Shown: in pieces, positions 18,524 to 28,982 of the stretch
Position numbering within the stretch: the stretch's first letter is position 1
How the letters are laid out: every line of letters starts with the position of its first letter
DNA from: Vicinamibacteria bacterium
GTDB taxonomy: Bacteria > Acidobacteriota > Vicinamibacteria > Marinacidobacterales > Marinacidobacteraceae
DNA: 64,000 bases
Reading direction: 5' to 3'
Assembly (NCBI GenBank): GCA_963422395.1
Contig: OY729431.1
Span: forward strand, 1,344,001 to 1,408,000
Made by a program: the position numbers and the translations under genes
Notes under the pieces: model-generated
What the model was told of the DNA's origin: nothing
Databases searched by the model: none
What the model saw: the letters and a program-made list of their open reading frames with translations, nothing else

Positions 18524-19486
18524 GTGCCCAACGCCGGACCCCTCTCCGGACTGTTCGGCGGGGGTGGCCGTTCTCGGGCGCTGCCGCCCGAGCCGACGCT
18601 CTCCACCGCAGAGCTGTTGGCGCGAGTGCGAAGGATCGAGATCCGCACGCGCAAACTGGTCTCCGAGGCGCTCGCCGGCGCTTATCTCAGCACCTTCAAG
18701 GGCCAGGGGATGGAATTCTCCGAGGTCCGGGAGTACGCCCCCGGCGACGACATCCGCTCGGTGGATTGGAATGTGACTTCCCGCACCGGGACGCTCCAGG
18801 TCAAGAAATTCGTCGAAGAGCGTGAACTCACCGTGCTGTTCCTGCTCGATGTGTCCCGATCGTTCGCGTTCGGCAGCCGGGAGCAGTTCAAACGCGCGGC
18901 CGCCGCCGAAGTCGCCGCCGCGCTCGCCTTTTCTGCGATCCGCTCCGGCGACCGAGTGGGGGCTCTGCTGTTCAGCGACCGCGCCGAAACCAGACTTCCG
19001 GCGCGAAAGGGCCGGCGCCACGGGCTCCGGGTGCTGCGGGATCTGCTTTCGTACGAGCCCGTCGGGAAAGGGACCGACATCGCTGGGGCTCTCCATCTGC
19101 TGAACCGAGTGGTGCGCCGGCGAGCGACGGTGTTCCTGCTGAGCGATTTCCTGGGTGATCCTGCAGAGCGCTGGCTGCGGCCGCTCCGGGTGGCGGCGCG
19201 GCGGCACGACCTGATCGCGATCCGGGTCAGCGACGGGTGCGAGCGCGCCCTGCCCGACCTCGGTCTGGTCACTTTCGAGGACGCCGAGACCGGCGCCGCG
19301 GTCTGTCTGGATACCGCGGACCGGAGGGTTCGGGCAGCGTTTTCGGAGCGCGCCCGCCGCATCGGCGAAGCGGCCGCCCGTTCGCTCCGCGAGGTCGGGG
19401 TGGATCTGGTGGAAGTGGTTGCCGGCGAGTCCTACGACACCCCGCTTCGCCGATTCTTCCGGATGCGGGAGAGGCGGCGCCGATGA
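18524..19486 (+). CDS. DUF58 domain protein
   Basis: GMEFSEVREYAPGDDIRSVDWNV, EERE, LLDVSRS, LSDF; follows moxR. Confidence 0.93.
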   Translation: MPNAGPLSGLFGGGGRSRALPPEPTLSTAELLARVRRIEIRTRKLVSEALAGAYLSTFKGQGMEFSEVREYAPGDDIRSVDWNVTSRTGTLQVKKFVEERELTVLFLLDVSRSFAFGSREQFKRAAAAEVAAALAFSAIRSGDRVGALLFSDRAETRLPARKGRRHGLRVLRDLLSYEPVGKGTDIAGALHLLNRVVRRRATVFLLSDFLGDPAERWLRPLRVAARRHDLIAIRVSDGCERALPDLGLVTFEDAETGAAVCLDTADRRVRAAFSERARRIGEAAARSLREVGVDLVEVVAGESYDTPLRRFFRMRERRRR

Positions 19487-20475
19487 ACCGCGCCGGGTTC
19501 TTCGCGCTCCTGCTGGCGGCGTCCCCGGTTCTTCCTGCCGAAGACGATGCGGCGGCCGAAGCTCGCGCCGCCGCCGAAGTCGCCGCCGAACCGGTGGAGG
19601 TGGGCGGAGTTTTCGATCTCGAGGTCACCGTGGAGGTGCCCGAAGGCGCCGAGGCGGCGCCGCTCTTCGACGCCGCCCTCGGGGACTTCCGAGTGCTCGG
19701 GGCCTCGTCGGGAGAGCGCGGCCCGGAGCAGCTTCCGGGAACCCTCCGTTTTCGCCTCCGCCTCGGGGCGTTCGTGCTCCCCGGCGACCACGAGATCCCC
19801 CCGGTCCCGATCGGTATCCGAACTGCGGACGGTTCCCTCGCCGAGATCCAAACCCCGGCAGTTCCGGTCCGGGTGGTCTCCGCCTTGCCGCCCGGGGAAC
19901 GGGACGCCGCTTCCGATATCCACGATATTCGCGGGCCATTCCCCCTGGAAGTCTCTCCTCGATGGAGATGGATCGGCTTCGCTGCCCTCGTGCTCGCAGC
20001 ACTCGCGGCGGCGGCCTGGTTCCTCGTTCGGCGCCGGATGCGCCGCGACGCCCCCGCCGTCCCGCCGGCTCCGCCGACGGCGGAGGCCGAGGCGGCGCTC
20101 GCCCGCCTCTCGGCCTCGGGACTTCTCGAAGCCGGGGATGTGGTGGGGTTCTACGCGCGCCTCGCCGGGATCATGAAGCGCTACGCCGGCCGTCGTTTCG
20201 AGACTGCCTGGAGCGAGCGCACCACCGGGGAGATGCTGGCCGAACTCGGCGCCCGGGTGCCCTTCGACCAATCGCCCGCGCTGCCCCTGCTCGCCGGGCT
20301 GCTCACCGAAGCCGATCTCGCCAAGTTCAGCGATCGGCCCTTCCGCGAAGACGCTGCCCGCTCCCGCTTCGTCGAGGCGGGGGTCTTCCTCGACCGGACC
20401 CGGCCGGCGGTGCTTGCGGATCTGGCCGCGGACCGGACGGCGCCCCCCTCGGAGAAAGGATCGAGGTCGGCCTGA
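19483..20475 (+). CDS. Bat-operon membrane protein (BatD-like / DUF4381-like)
   Basis: ATGA overlap; signal peptide, DIHDIRGP then TM helix, ERTTGEM, ADLAKF. Confidence 0.8.
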   Translation: MNRAGFFALLLAASPVLPAEDDAAAEARAAAEVAAEPVEVGGVFDLEVTVEVPEGAEAAPLFDAALGDFRVLGASSGERGPEQLPGTLRFRLRLGAFVLPGDHEIPPVPIGIRTADGSLAEIQTPAVPVRVVSALPPGERDAASDIHDIRGPFPLEVSPRWRWIGFAALVLAALAAAAWFLVRRRMRRDAPAVPPAPPTAEAEAALARLSASGLLEAGDVVGFYARLAGIMKRYAGRRFETAWSERTTGEMLAELGARVPFDQSPALPLLAGLLTEADLAKFSDRPFREDAARSRFVEAGVFLDRTRPAVLADLAADRTAPPSEKGSRSA

Positions 20476-21455
20476 TGCGTCTGCTCTGGCCCTGGGCGCT
20501 TTCCGGCCTCCTTCTCGTGCCGCTGCTCGTCTTCGCCGCCCGGCGCCACGAATCTCCCGCGCTCCGCTTCCCCGAGGCCGCCCGGATGATGGAACTGCCC
20601 CGCTCGCTGCGGTCGCGCTTCGCCTTCCTGCCCGGGGCTCTGATCCTCACCGCGCTCGTCCTCGCCACGATCGCGCTCGCCCGGCCGCAGACCGGGATCA
20701 CCCGCGAATCGGCTACCAGCCTGGGGGTGGACATCGTGCTCGCCCTCGATATCTCTTCGAGCATGCGAGCGGAGGATTTCGCCCCGGCGAACCGGCTGAC
20801 GGCGGCGAAGGAAGTGCTCGAAGACTTCATCGAGCGCCGGGCGAGCGACCGACTCGGCGCCGTCGCCTTCGCACGGAACGCAGTGACGATCACCCCGCTC
20901 ACCCTCGACCACGACATCCTCACCGCGCAGCTCCGCGAGGTGGACATCGGCGACATCGCCGACGGTACCGCGATCGGAAACGCCATCGCGTCCTCGGTGA
21001 ACCGGCTTGCCGGTTCGGAGGCCGAGAGCCGGGTCATCGTGCTGCTCACCGACGGCGTTTCGAACGCCGGTGAAATCCATCCGCTCACCGCTGCGGGGCT
21101 GGCGAAAACGCGGGGCATCCGGGTCTATACCGTGGGAGCGGGCAGCGAAGACGGGGGGCGGCTGGTGATGCCCGGCCCCGACGGATCGCTTCGGGTGCGA
21201 AGGGCGCCCGGGATCGACGAGGCGATGCTGCGAAAGGTCGCAGACGCTACCGGAGGGCGCTATTTCCGGGCGCGGGACACCGAAGGCCTCCACGCGGTGT
21301 ACGACGAGATCGATGCCCTCGAAAGGACCGAGATCCGCACTCCGACCTGGACCAGCTGGTCCGACGACGGCCCGCGCCTCGCCGGCTTCGCCGCCGTGCT
21401 CCTGTTCTGCGCCATCGCGCTCCGCGCTACCGCCTTCCGAACCGCGCCCGTCTGA
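20475..21455 (+). CDS. batA: BatA VWA domain protein
   Basis: ALARPQ, MIDAS DISSSM, DGTAIG, VLLTDG, TGGRYFRA. Confidence 0.92.
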   Translation: MRLLWPWALSGLLLVPLLVFAARRHESPALRFPEAARMMELPRSLRSRFAFLPGALILTALVLATIALARPQTGITRESATSLGVDIVLALDISSSMRAEDFAPANRLTAAKEVLEDFIERRASDRLGAVAFARNAVTITPLTLDHDILTAQLREVDIGDIADGTAIGNAIASSVNRLAGSEAESRVIVLLTDGVSNAGEIHPLTAAGLAKTRGIRVYTVGAGSEDGGRLVMPGPDGSLRVRRAPGIDEAMLRKVADATGGRYFRARDTEGLHAVYDEIDALERTEIRTPTWTSWSDDGPRLAGFAAVLLFCAIALRATAFRTAPV

Positions 21456-21456
21456 C

Positions 21457-22485
21457 ATGCGCTTCGGAGAGCCCTCAGCGCTCGCGCTGCTCGCCCTCGC
21501 ACCGCTCGCGGCGGCTCTTTCGATCTTCGCCGCGCGCCGGAGCCGGACGCTGGTCGGCCGTTTCGGCCGGCACGCTGCACTACTGGTCGAACGGGAGAGC
21601 CGCCCTCGGCGGCGACTCAAGGAGCTGCTGCTCGTGTTTGCCGGGTTCTGCCTCGCGGCGGCGGCCGCCCGTCCGCAATGGGGCCGCGAGGAGCGTGTTC
21701 TGACGCTGAACGGAGTGGATGTGGTGTTCGCGGTGGACACCTCCTTCAGCATGGACGCCCGGGATGTGGCTCCCTCGCGGATGGAGCGAGCGCGCTACAT
21801 CGCCGGGGCGCTCCTGCCTCGGCTCGTGGGAAACCGGGTGGGAATCGTGGCGTTCTCCGGAGCGGCGTTCACCCAGTGTCCGCTCACTCATGACCTCGGC
21901 GCGGTGCGCACTCTGCTCGCTGGGATCGACACCGGAGTGGTCGAAAATCCCGGCACGAGCCTCGCGGCGATGATCGGGGAGGCAGCGCGCGCCTTCGAGC
22001 AGCAGGAAAGCCGCTATCGGGTGGTGGTGCTGCTCACCGATGGGCAACAGGACGACCTCCGGAGTTCACCGGTCGCCGAGGTGGCGGAACAGGCGAACGC
22101 TCACGGCATCGTCGTCCTCGCAGTGGGGGTGGCGACTTCGGGAGGCGCCACGATTCCGGTTCCGACGGAATCGGGGCCTGCCTCGATGCGGGACGGCGCG
22201 GGCGCACCCATCGTGAGCCGCCTCGACGCCGAGACGCTCGTCGAACTCGCGGAGCGTACTGGCGGCGCCTTCTTCGAGATTTCCTCCGACGACCGGGAGA
22301 TCGCCGCCGTCGCGAGCCGTATCGGCGCGATGGAGGGCGGAGAACTCGGCGGCCAGGCGGCTCCCCGTTACCGCGAGCGCTTCTGGATTCCGTTGGGGTT
22401 CGGAATCATCGCCCTGGCGGCCCACGGGCTGATCGCTCCGGGGGCGCGGCGAAGGGCCGACGAAGCATGGGAGGGGCGCGGATGA
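21457..22485 (+). CDS. batB: BatB VWA domain protein
   Basis: AARPQWG, DTSFSMDARDVAPSRM, CPLTHD, LLTDG. Confidence 0.9.
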   Translation: MRFGEPSALALLALAPLAAALSIFAARRSRTLVGRFGRHAALLVERESRPRRRLKELLLVFAGFCLAAAAARPQWGREERVLTLNGVDVVFAVDTSFSMDARDVAPSRMERARYIAGALLPRLVGNRVGIVAFSGAAFTQCPLTHDLGAVRTLLAGIDTGVVENPGTSLAAMIGEAARAFEQQESRYRVVVLLTDGQQDDLRSSPVAEVAEQANAHGIVVLAVGVATSGGATIPVPTESGPASMRDGAGAPIVSRLDAETLVELAERTGGAFFEISSDDREIAAVASRIGAMEGGELGGQAAPRYRERFWIPLGFGIIALAAHGLIAPGARRRADEAWEGRG

Positions 22486-23378
22486 TTCGGGTCTTCTTCG
22501 TCGCGCTGGCAGTGGTCCAGTGGTTCGGCGGCGCCGAGAAGAACACCCGCGAGGGGGCGGAGCATCTCGACGAAGGCCGGCTCGAGGCGGCTCTGCGGGC
22601 GTTTTCCCGTGCCGAGGGCGAGTATCCCGACGCGCCGGAGAACGACTTGAACATCGCCGGGGTCCACTACCGGATGGGAGAGGAGGAGGCCGCGGCGGCC
22701 GGGCCGGCCGCAGATTCCGGGGGCGAGGGTGGGGGATCGCTCGCCGAGGCGGCCCGCGGGTATCAGGCGGCCCTCGCCGGGGGCGTCGAGGGCCGCCTCC
22801 GGCGCGACGGTTTCTTCAACCTGGCGAACACGCTCTTCCGGGCCGGGGCCTACCGCGAGGCTGCCGCCGCCTACGGCGAGGCGATCTCTCTGGACCCCGA
22901 GGATCTGGAGGCGCGGCAGAACCTCGAGCGGGCGCTCTTGCAGGCCGAAGAGCAGGAGCAGGAGCAGCAGCAACAACAGCAGGGGAACGGCGGGTCGCCC
23001 GAGCCCCAGAGCGGAGAGTCGGGAGACGAGGGGCAGGAGGACGGGCAGGGCGGGGAACCGGGCGAGCCGCCGCCGAGTGGAGCGGGGGAGCAGCAGCGCC
23101 GCCCCGAGCAGGGCCGGCAGGACGGAGAACAGCCCCGAAACCCGGCAGGAGAAGGTCTCCCAGAAGGTCCCCCCCCGCCGAGCGAAGGAGCTTCCGACCC
23201 GGACCCACAGACGCCGCGCGGCGCCGACCCGGAGGCCGCCGATCCCGGGCCGGTGCCCGAGATCAGCCCCGAACAGGCGGAGCGAATCCTCGCCGCCCTC
23301 GCCGAAGTCGAACGAGCCCATCAGGAAGCGCGCCTCGCGAAGCGGCGCGTCCGGGCGCTCCGCCGCGGGCGGCACTAG
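22482..23378 (+). CDS. batC: BatC TPR protein with Q/E/G/P-rich linker
   Basis: FNLANTLF..YREA..YGEAISLDPED.EARQNLE; poly-Q; ISPEQAERIL. Confidence 0.85.
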   Translation: MIRVFFVALAVVQWFGGAEKNTREGAEHLDEGRLEAALRAFSRAEGEYPDAPENDLNIAGVHYRMGEEEAAAAGPAADSGGEGGGSLAEAARGYQAALAGGVEGRLRRDGFFNLANTLFRAGAYREAAAAYGEAISLDPEDLEARQNLERALLQAEEQEQEQQQQQQGNGGSPEPQSGESGDEGQEDGQGGEPGEPPPSGAGEQQRRPEQGRQDGEQPRNPAGEGLPEGPPPPSEGASDPDPQTPRGADPEAADPGPVPEISPEQAERILAALAEVERAHQEARLAKRRVRALRRGRH

Positions 23379-23397
23379 CAGCTAGCAGGCACTGGCC

Positions 23398-25428
23398 GTG
23401 GAACGAGAAGCCCGCGTCGTCGAGAGCCGTGGGTTCGGCATGCCTTCGGGGGCCGGCGTCCTGCGGAGGGTTCGTTCCCCGAAGGGGCGGCGCGCCTCGC
23501 TCGTTCGCTGCGCCCCGTTCCTCGCCGCGGTTTTCTCCGCGCTCTCGGCGGCAGCCGCCGCCCCCCAGGAGAGGGCCGAGGCCCGAGTGGACGCCTCGCG
23601 GATCGGGGTCGAAGACCAGCTCGTGCTGACCGTCTCCATTCCCGAAGCGCGCGGCGCCGCGCCCGAACTGCCCCCGCTGGACGGATTCGAGGTGCTCGGC
23701 AGCCAGCGGGTCTCGAAGACCTCCATCGTGAACGGGCGGCTGACCCGCGCCCGGGAATGGGTCTATCGACTGCGCCCGCTCGCTACCGGCGACTTGGTGA
23801 TTCCGGAGATTCCGGTTCCCGGATACCTGCCGACGCCCGAGATCCGGGTGAGCGTGGAGAGCGGCAGCCTGCGGCCGGCGCGCCGCCCGCGGACCCCCTT
23901 CGCCTCCCCGTTCGGGTCCCTCTTCGACCCCTTCGACCCGCAGCCGGCGCCGGATCCGGTAGTCGGGATCGCCGAGGACGACCTGTTCGTCCGAACCGAA
24001 GTCGAAGATTCCGAGGTCCTGGTCGGCGAACAGGCGCTCGTGCTCTATCGCCTCTGGTCCCGGGTTCCGATTGCGATCGCCGCTCCGGTCGAGTCGGCGC
24101 AGCCCGAGGGCTTCTGGATCGAAGAAGTGACGCTTCCCGATGTCCCCTGGGCCGAACGCGGCCTCAGCCGGCAGCAGATCCAGCGGCGCCGGGCGCTGCC
24201 GGGTCCGCGCCGCGAGCGCCGCACCTGGAACGGAATCGCCTACGACACCTGGCCGCTGCTGATGCGGGCGGTGTTCCCCACCGGCGCCGGGGAACGCGAA
24301 CTGCCCGGCCCCCACTTCGAGATCGCGGTCGAAGGGCCGCGCGCCTCGTTCTTCGGTCCTCGCCAGGTCGTGGTGGCCCGAAAGGCTCCGCCGGTGACGA
24401 TCCGCGCTGCGCCGCTTCCCCAGGCGGGCCGCCCCTCGGGATTCGCAGGCTCGGTCGGCGACTACCAGTTGCGCGCCGCGGTGCTCCAGGGCGGTGCGCC
24501 GCTCGGGGAACGGGCTGCAGCCGCGGGAGAGCCGATCGTCCTGCGCCTCGAGCTCGAAGGCGCCGGCAACCTCCGCGCCGCCGGAACCCCGGCGCTCCCC
24601 GACAGTCCGTCGTTCCAGCGGGCGTTCCGCTTCTTCGACCCGGACACTTCCATCGAAACCGGCCTGGTCGATGAAGGCGCGGCGGTGTCCTTCGGCGGCC
24701 GCCGTATCTGGGAGTTTCCAATGGTCCCCGAGTCCGGCGGAGTGCGCAACATCGGCCCGCTCACCCTGGATGTGTTCAACCCCCGGACCGGCGCCTACGA
24801 GAGCCTCGCTTCGGATCCTCTTTCGGTGCGGGTCGAGGGTGCGGCGGGTGCGGGTCGGAGCGCCTCCTCCGGGTTCGGGCCTTCGGCGTTCGAGCGGCTG
24901 GACGACGATATTCGCTACCTGAAACCGATGGGTCCGGCGGTGCCGGCGCCCGGCCCCTGGCGGCCCGGCGGCTTCTTCCTGCTCTCGCTCACGCTGCCGC
25001 TCCTGTGGAACCTGGGGGTGTTCGCCGCGCTCCGACGCCGGGACTACCGCACCGCCCATGAAGCGGCCTTTCGGCGAAAAGGCGCAGCTCGCGCCGTCCG
25101 AAAAAAGCTCTCCCGCGTTCGCGGGGAAGGGTCGGAAGCGGCGGCCGCGGTGGGAGAGGCACTTTCGGAATACGCTGCCGCCCGCCTCGGCGGTTCCTCC
25201 CGCGGACTGACCCCGGAGGGCGCGGCGGCGAGATGGGAGCACGCTGGCGCCGCACCCGAAACCGCCCGCCGCTTTCGGAATCTCCTGTCCCGCACCGAGG
25301 GGGCGCGCTTCGCTGCCGGGCTGGGCGGGGACGGCGGGTCGGGAACCCTCGGACGACCTGCCGCCGAGGCGCTAGAACTCGTGCTGGTGCTCGAAGAGCA
25401 GCTCTCGAGCAGGGGGGGGCCGGGATGA
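23398..25428 (+). CDS. batD: BatD family protein (start uncertain)
   Basis: BatD-type beta repeats, FAGSVGDYQL, LEGAGN, DIRYLK then TM helix. Confidence 0.85.
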   Translation: MEREARVVESRGFGMPSGAGVLRRVRSPKGRRASLVRCAPFLAAVFSALSAAAAAPQERAEARVDASRIGVEDQLVLTVSIPEARGAAPELPPLDGFEVLGSQRVSKTSIVNGRLTRAREWVYRLRPLATGDLVIPEIPVPGYLPTPEIRVSVESGSLRPARRPRTPFASPFGSLFDPFDPQPAPDPVVGIAEDDLFVRTEVEDSEVLVGEQALVLYRLWSRVPIAIAAPVESAQPEGFWIEEVTLPDVPWAERGLSRQQIQRRRALPGPRRERRTWNGIAYDTWPLLMRAVFPTGAGERELPGPHFEIAVEGPRASFFGPRQVVVARKAPPVTIRAAPLPQAGRPSGFAGSVGDYQLRAAVLQGGAPLGERAAAAGEPIVLRLELEGAGNLRAAGTPALPDSPSFQRAFRFFDPDTSIETGLVDEGAAVSFGGRRIWEFPMVPESGGVRNIGPLTLDVFNPRTGAYESLASDPLSVRVEGAAGAGRSASSGFGPSAFERLDDDIRYLKPMGPAVPAPGPWRPGGFFLLSLTLPLLWNLGVFAALRRRDYRTAHEAAFRRKGAARAVRKKLSRVRGEGSEAAAAVGEALSEYAAARLGGSSRGLTPEGAAARWEHAGAAPETARRFRNLLSRTEGARFAAGLGGDGGSGTLGRPAAEALELVLVLEEQLSSRGGPG

Positions 25429-26240
25429 GAGCGCACGCTTTCGGTCTCTCGCATCTCCTTTCGCTGGCCTTCTCGTTCCTTGCCGCGCCGCTCTTCGCGC
25501 AGGCGGCTTCGCCGCTAGAGCTTCGGGAGGCTGTCCGGCTCTACGACGACGGCGACTATGAAGCGGCGGCCGCCGTCTGGCGGACGCTGCTGGAGGAAGA
25601 GGCCGCCGGCCTCGACCGGGCCGTGCTCCATTACAACCTGGGGAACGCTGAATTCCGGAACGGGAGGCTCGGGCGCGCGATGCTCCACTGGGAACGAACC
25701 CTGCTGTTGCGGCCGGGCGACGACGACGCGCTGGCGAACCTCGCGCTGGCGAGGGAGCTGCTCGGCCGCCGCCTCACGGAGACCGCTTCCTCAGATGTTC
25801 CGGACGACTTCGCGCGGGAACTCCTTCGCTCGATGGGGGGCTTCGCCGCCCGCTTCCGACGGATTCCTCCGGGGCGGTTCGCCGCTGTCCTGAGCGCCGC
25901 GGCGCTCGCCGCGGGGAGCCTCGGGACCCTGCTCCTGCTCGGTCGGCGCCGCCGGCTCTTCGGCTTCGCGCTGCTCGGCTGCCTCTTGGCGGCCGCCGGC
26001 TCGGGCAGTCTCCTCTGGCTCCGCCTCGGCGCTTCCCCGGTCGCGGTGGTGGTCGAACCGGGCGCTGCGCTTCGGAGCGGTCCCGGCGCTTCGTTTCCTC
26101 GACTCGCTTCGCTCCCGGAGGGTTTCTATCTGGAGCTCGGAGGAAGCGGGGGCGCTGCGGAGGATCGCTTCTTCCGAGTGCTCGCCGCCGGAATCGTGGG
26201 CTATGCCGACCGCGAAAGCGTGGCCCCAGTGGAGGAGTGA
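25425..26240 (+). CDS. batE: BatE TPR + SH3-like protein
   Basis: LHYNLGNAEFRNGRLGRAMLHWER, two TM helices, LRSGPG. Confidence 0.85.
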   Translation: MRAHAFGLSHLLSLAFSFLAAPLFAQAASPLELREAVRLYDDGDYEAAAAVWRTLLEEEAAGLDRAVLHYNLGNAEFRNGRLGRAMLHWERTLLLRPGDDDALANLALARELLGRRLTETASSDVPDDFARELLRSMGGFAARFRRIPPGRFAAVLSAAALAAGSLGTLLLLGRRRRLFGFALLGCLLAAAGSGSLLWLRLGASPVAVVVEPGAALRSGPGASFPRLASLPEGFYLELGGSGGAAEDRFFRVLAAGIVGYADRESVAPVEE

Positions 26241-26354
26241 GGGCTTCACCGCTGGCTCGCCCCTTCTCCTCCGTCCGACTCATCCCGCCGCGGCCAACCC
26301 CCGTCGTCGGTGCCGCTGCGGGAGGGAGCGAGAAAACGGGAGAATAGAGGGCCG

Positions 26355-27788
26355 ATGGCGTTCGACCCGACCCGCCGGCAGTTCCTCTACCGGACTGCGC
26401 CCGCTGCCGGGGCGCTTTGGCCGGGAGCGCGCTTCCTCGAAGCCTCGATTCCCGAAGGCGGTGTTTCGTCGGTCCGCGGCACCGGGCAGCGCCGAGAGGA
26501 ACCGGCGCGGAGCCCAGCCGGGAAGGGGGTTTCCCCCTCTCTCCGGGAAGGAGCGGGGGATGCGGTTCGCAGCGAGCGGATCGCGGCCCGGATGGAAGCG
26601 CTCTCCCGGCTGGGCGCGACCCCGGAAGGTGGGATCTCGCGGACCGCGGGGAGCGACGCCGACCTGGCGGCGCGGAAGCTCTTCGCGGGCTGGCTCGAGG
26701 AGGCCGGACTTGGGGTTCGCTCCGACTTCGCCGGCAACCTGATCGGCCGTCTGGAGGGCGCCGACCCCGCTTTCCCGCCGCTGATGACCGGTTCCCACCT
26801 CGATTCCGTCCCCGACGGCGGCAACTTCGACGGGGTGGTGGGTTCGGTCGGGGCGCTCGAAGCGGCCCAGGCATTCGCCGAATCCGGGCAGCGGCTTCGG
26901 CACCCGCTCGAAGTCGCGGTGTTCTTCAACGAAGAGAACGGGAAGACCGGCAGTCGGGCGCTCGCCGGCGAGGTGACCGCCGAAGAGATGGGTCTTCCCG
27001 CATACGGCGGGCTCACCATCGGCGAGGCGCTCCGCCGGGTCGGAGGCGTTCCGGAGCGCATCGGCGAGGCCGCGCTTTCCCCGGGTGCGGTCTCCGGCTA
27101 TCTCGAACTGCACATCGAGCAGGGGCCGGTCCTCGATGCGGGCGGGATCGAGATCGGCGCCGTCGAGGGAATCGTCGGCATTCGCCGCTTCCGGGTCACG
27201 GTCTCCGGTTTCGCGAACCACGGTGGAACCACGGCCATGTCGATCCGGCGAGACGCCCTGGTCAGCGCGGGCCGTTTCATCGCCGCGGTGAGCGACGAAA
27301 CGCTGGCCCGCCCCGGCCGCCAGGTCGCCACGGTGGGGCGCATCGAGGCTCGCCCCGGCGCTCCGAATGTGATTCCCGGCGAAGTGGAACTGAGCCTCGA
27401 GATCCGGGACTTGCGGATGGAGACCATCGAATCGCACTACGGCCGTCTCCGTGAAGTGGGAGAGGAGATCGCCGCCCGCAACGGGACTTCCATCCGGTTC
27501 GAGCCCTACTACCTGAGCCGCGCCGCTCCCTGCGACCCCGGCTTTCTGGACCTGGTGGCCGACTCCGCCGGAGCCATCGGGCTCTCGGTCCTGCGGATGC
27601 CTTCGGGCGCCGGGCACGACGCTCAGTCGCTGGCAGCGTTGACGCCGATCGGCATGCTCTTCGTCCCGAGCCGCGACGGAATCAGTCACTCTCCGCGCGA
27701 GTTCACGAGCGTTGCCGACATCACGAACGGGACCCGGGTCCTCGCCGAGGCCCTCCGCCGGCTGGACGGATCCCGAAACGGGGCGTGA
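26355..27788 (+). CDS. M20 Zn-dependent hydrolase (allantoate / N-carbamoyl-L-amino acid amidohydrolase family) with Tat signal
   Basis: TRRQFL; GSHLDSVPDGGNFDG, NEE, ELHIEQGP, NHGGTT, SGAGHDA. Confidence 0.92.
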   Translation: MAFDPTRRQFLYRTAPAAGALWPGARFLEASIPEGGVSSVRGTGQRREEPARSPAGKGVSPSLREGAGDAVRSERIAARMEALSRLGATPEGGISRTAGSDADLAARKLFAGWLEEAGLGVRSDFAGNLIGRLEGADPAFPPLMTGSHLDSVPDGGNFDGVVGSVGALEAAQAFAESGQRLRHPLEVAVFFNEENGKTGSRALAGEVTAEEMGLPAYGGLTIGEALRRVGGVPERIGEAALSPGAVSGYLELHIEQGPVLDAGGIEIGAVEGIVGIRRFRVTVSGFANHGGTTAMSIRRDALVSAGRFIAAVSDETLARPGRQVATVGRIEARPGAPNVIPGEVELSLEIRDLRMETIESHYGRLREVGEEIAARNGTSIRFEPYYLSRAAPCDPGFLDLVADSAGAIGLSVLRMPSGAGHDAQSLAALTPIGMLFVPSRDGISHSPREFTSVADITNGTRVLAEALRRLDGSRNGA

Positions 27789-27791
27789 CGG

Positions 27792-28982
27792 GTGAGTCGC
27801 CCCCGCCAAACCTTTCGAAATGCGGGATCCCCGGTCGGGCATCCAGGCGTCAGCCGCCGAACACGAACTCTGCCGGCGACTCCGGCCCGCCGGAGGACCC
27901 GCCGCGGTTTCCTCACCGCGCAAGCCTCCGGAACCGCTGGGCACGAGGCCCCGAGCCCCGCGGAGTACGAGGCGTGGATCGCGCAATACCGGTCGGGGCG
28001 CTTCGTCGAGACCGCCCGGCGGCTCTCGAACCACCAGGCTTCGGATCTCCGGGAGGTGCAATCGGCGTTCGTCGACTCGCTTCCCCCGGCAGAGGTGGCG
28101 TCTGGTTTCTGGGGGCGGATCGCCGCGGCGCTGCTCCATGCCGAGGATCTGGCCCAGACGGGCTGGGGCGCCAGCACCCACCCCCGCCTGATCCGCGATC
28201 CGCTCCGCTCGCTCCCCGGACATTGGCCAGGTGCGGTATCCGCTCTCCATCGGGACGCGGCGCGGACGGCCTGGGGTGACGAGGCGGCCTCGAATCCACG
28301 CGAACTGTTCTTCCGGGAAACGATCCTGGCCGTCGCGCGCCTCCGGCTGGCTCGCCTCGACCTGGCCGCGGCGTCTCGGATTCTCGAACTGGCCGAGCCG
28401 CGGCGTGACGCGGCACTCAGGTGGCAACTCGCCGCCGTGTGGACGGTGCGGGCCCGATTCACCCGCGAGGAAGATCTTTGGCCGAAGGTGCGCGACCTGC
28501 TCGCCGATGCCGCTTCTCGCCGCTTCCTGGACTCCGCCGAAGGGCGGAGTTCTTCCCGGCTGGCGGCGAGAGCGCTCGCCGACCCCGACGACCGGAACTT
28601 GCGCCTCGCGGTAGCGCTGATCGGAATGGGCCGGAGGCAGGAGGCGGCCGACCGGCTGGCGCGGGTCAGCGAACGACCCGCGCCGCGGCTGCAGGTGCCG
28701 CGTTTGCTCCTCGAAGCGGAGGCGCACCGATTCCGCGGGCAGCTCCCCCGCGCCACCGTGCTGCTTCGGGAGGCCTCCCTCCTCGCTCCGGATTCGCAGG
28801 TGGTCATCGCAGCGCTGGTGGCGGCGCTCCAAGCCGCCGGCCTCTGGGACGAGGCGGCGGCGCTCGCCAACGACCGGCTCCGAGCCGGCGAGAGGACCCT
28901 TCCGTGGGCCGATTTCCTGCTGACCTGGGCATCGACCGACGAACCGGCACTCGACTGGCTGCGCAGCCTGGTGCGGGGGTGA
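27792..28982 (+). CDS. Helical/TPR-like hypothetical protein
   Basis: Ala/Leu/Arg helical repeats; AALLHAE motif shared with 31850-32914; coupled to a VWA gene. Confidence 0.65.
   Translation: MSRPRQTFRNAGSPVGHPGVSRRTRTLPATPARRRTRRGFLTAQASGTAGHEAPSPAEYEAWIAQYRSGRFVETARRLSNHQASDLREVQSAFVDSLPPAEVASGFWGRIAAALLHAEDLAQTGWGASTHPRLIRDPLRSLPGHWPGAVSALHRDAARTAWGDEAASNPRELFFRETILAVARLRLARLDLAAASRILELAEPRRDAALRWQLAAVWTVRARFTREEDLWPKVRDLLADAASRRFLDSAEGRSSSRLAARALADPDDRNLRLAVALIGMGRRQEAADRLARVSERPAPRLQVPRLLLEAEAHRFRGQLPRATVLLREASLLAPDSQVVIAALVAALQAAGLWDEAAALANDRLRAGERTLPWADFLLTWASTDEPALDWLRSLVRG

Noticed and set aside
22945-23270. CAG/GAG-rich low-complexity stretch
   Set aside because: Encodes the usual Q/E-rich linker of BatC.
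17504-26240. MoxR-DUF58-BatA-E cluster as a novel system
   Set aside because: Well-described, widespread operon in standard gene order.
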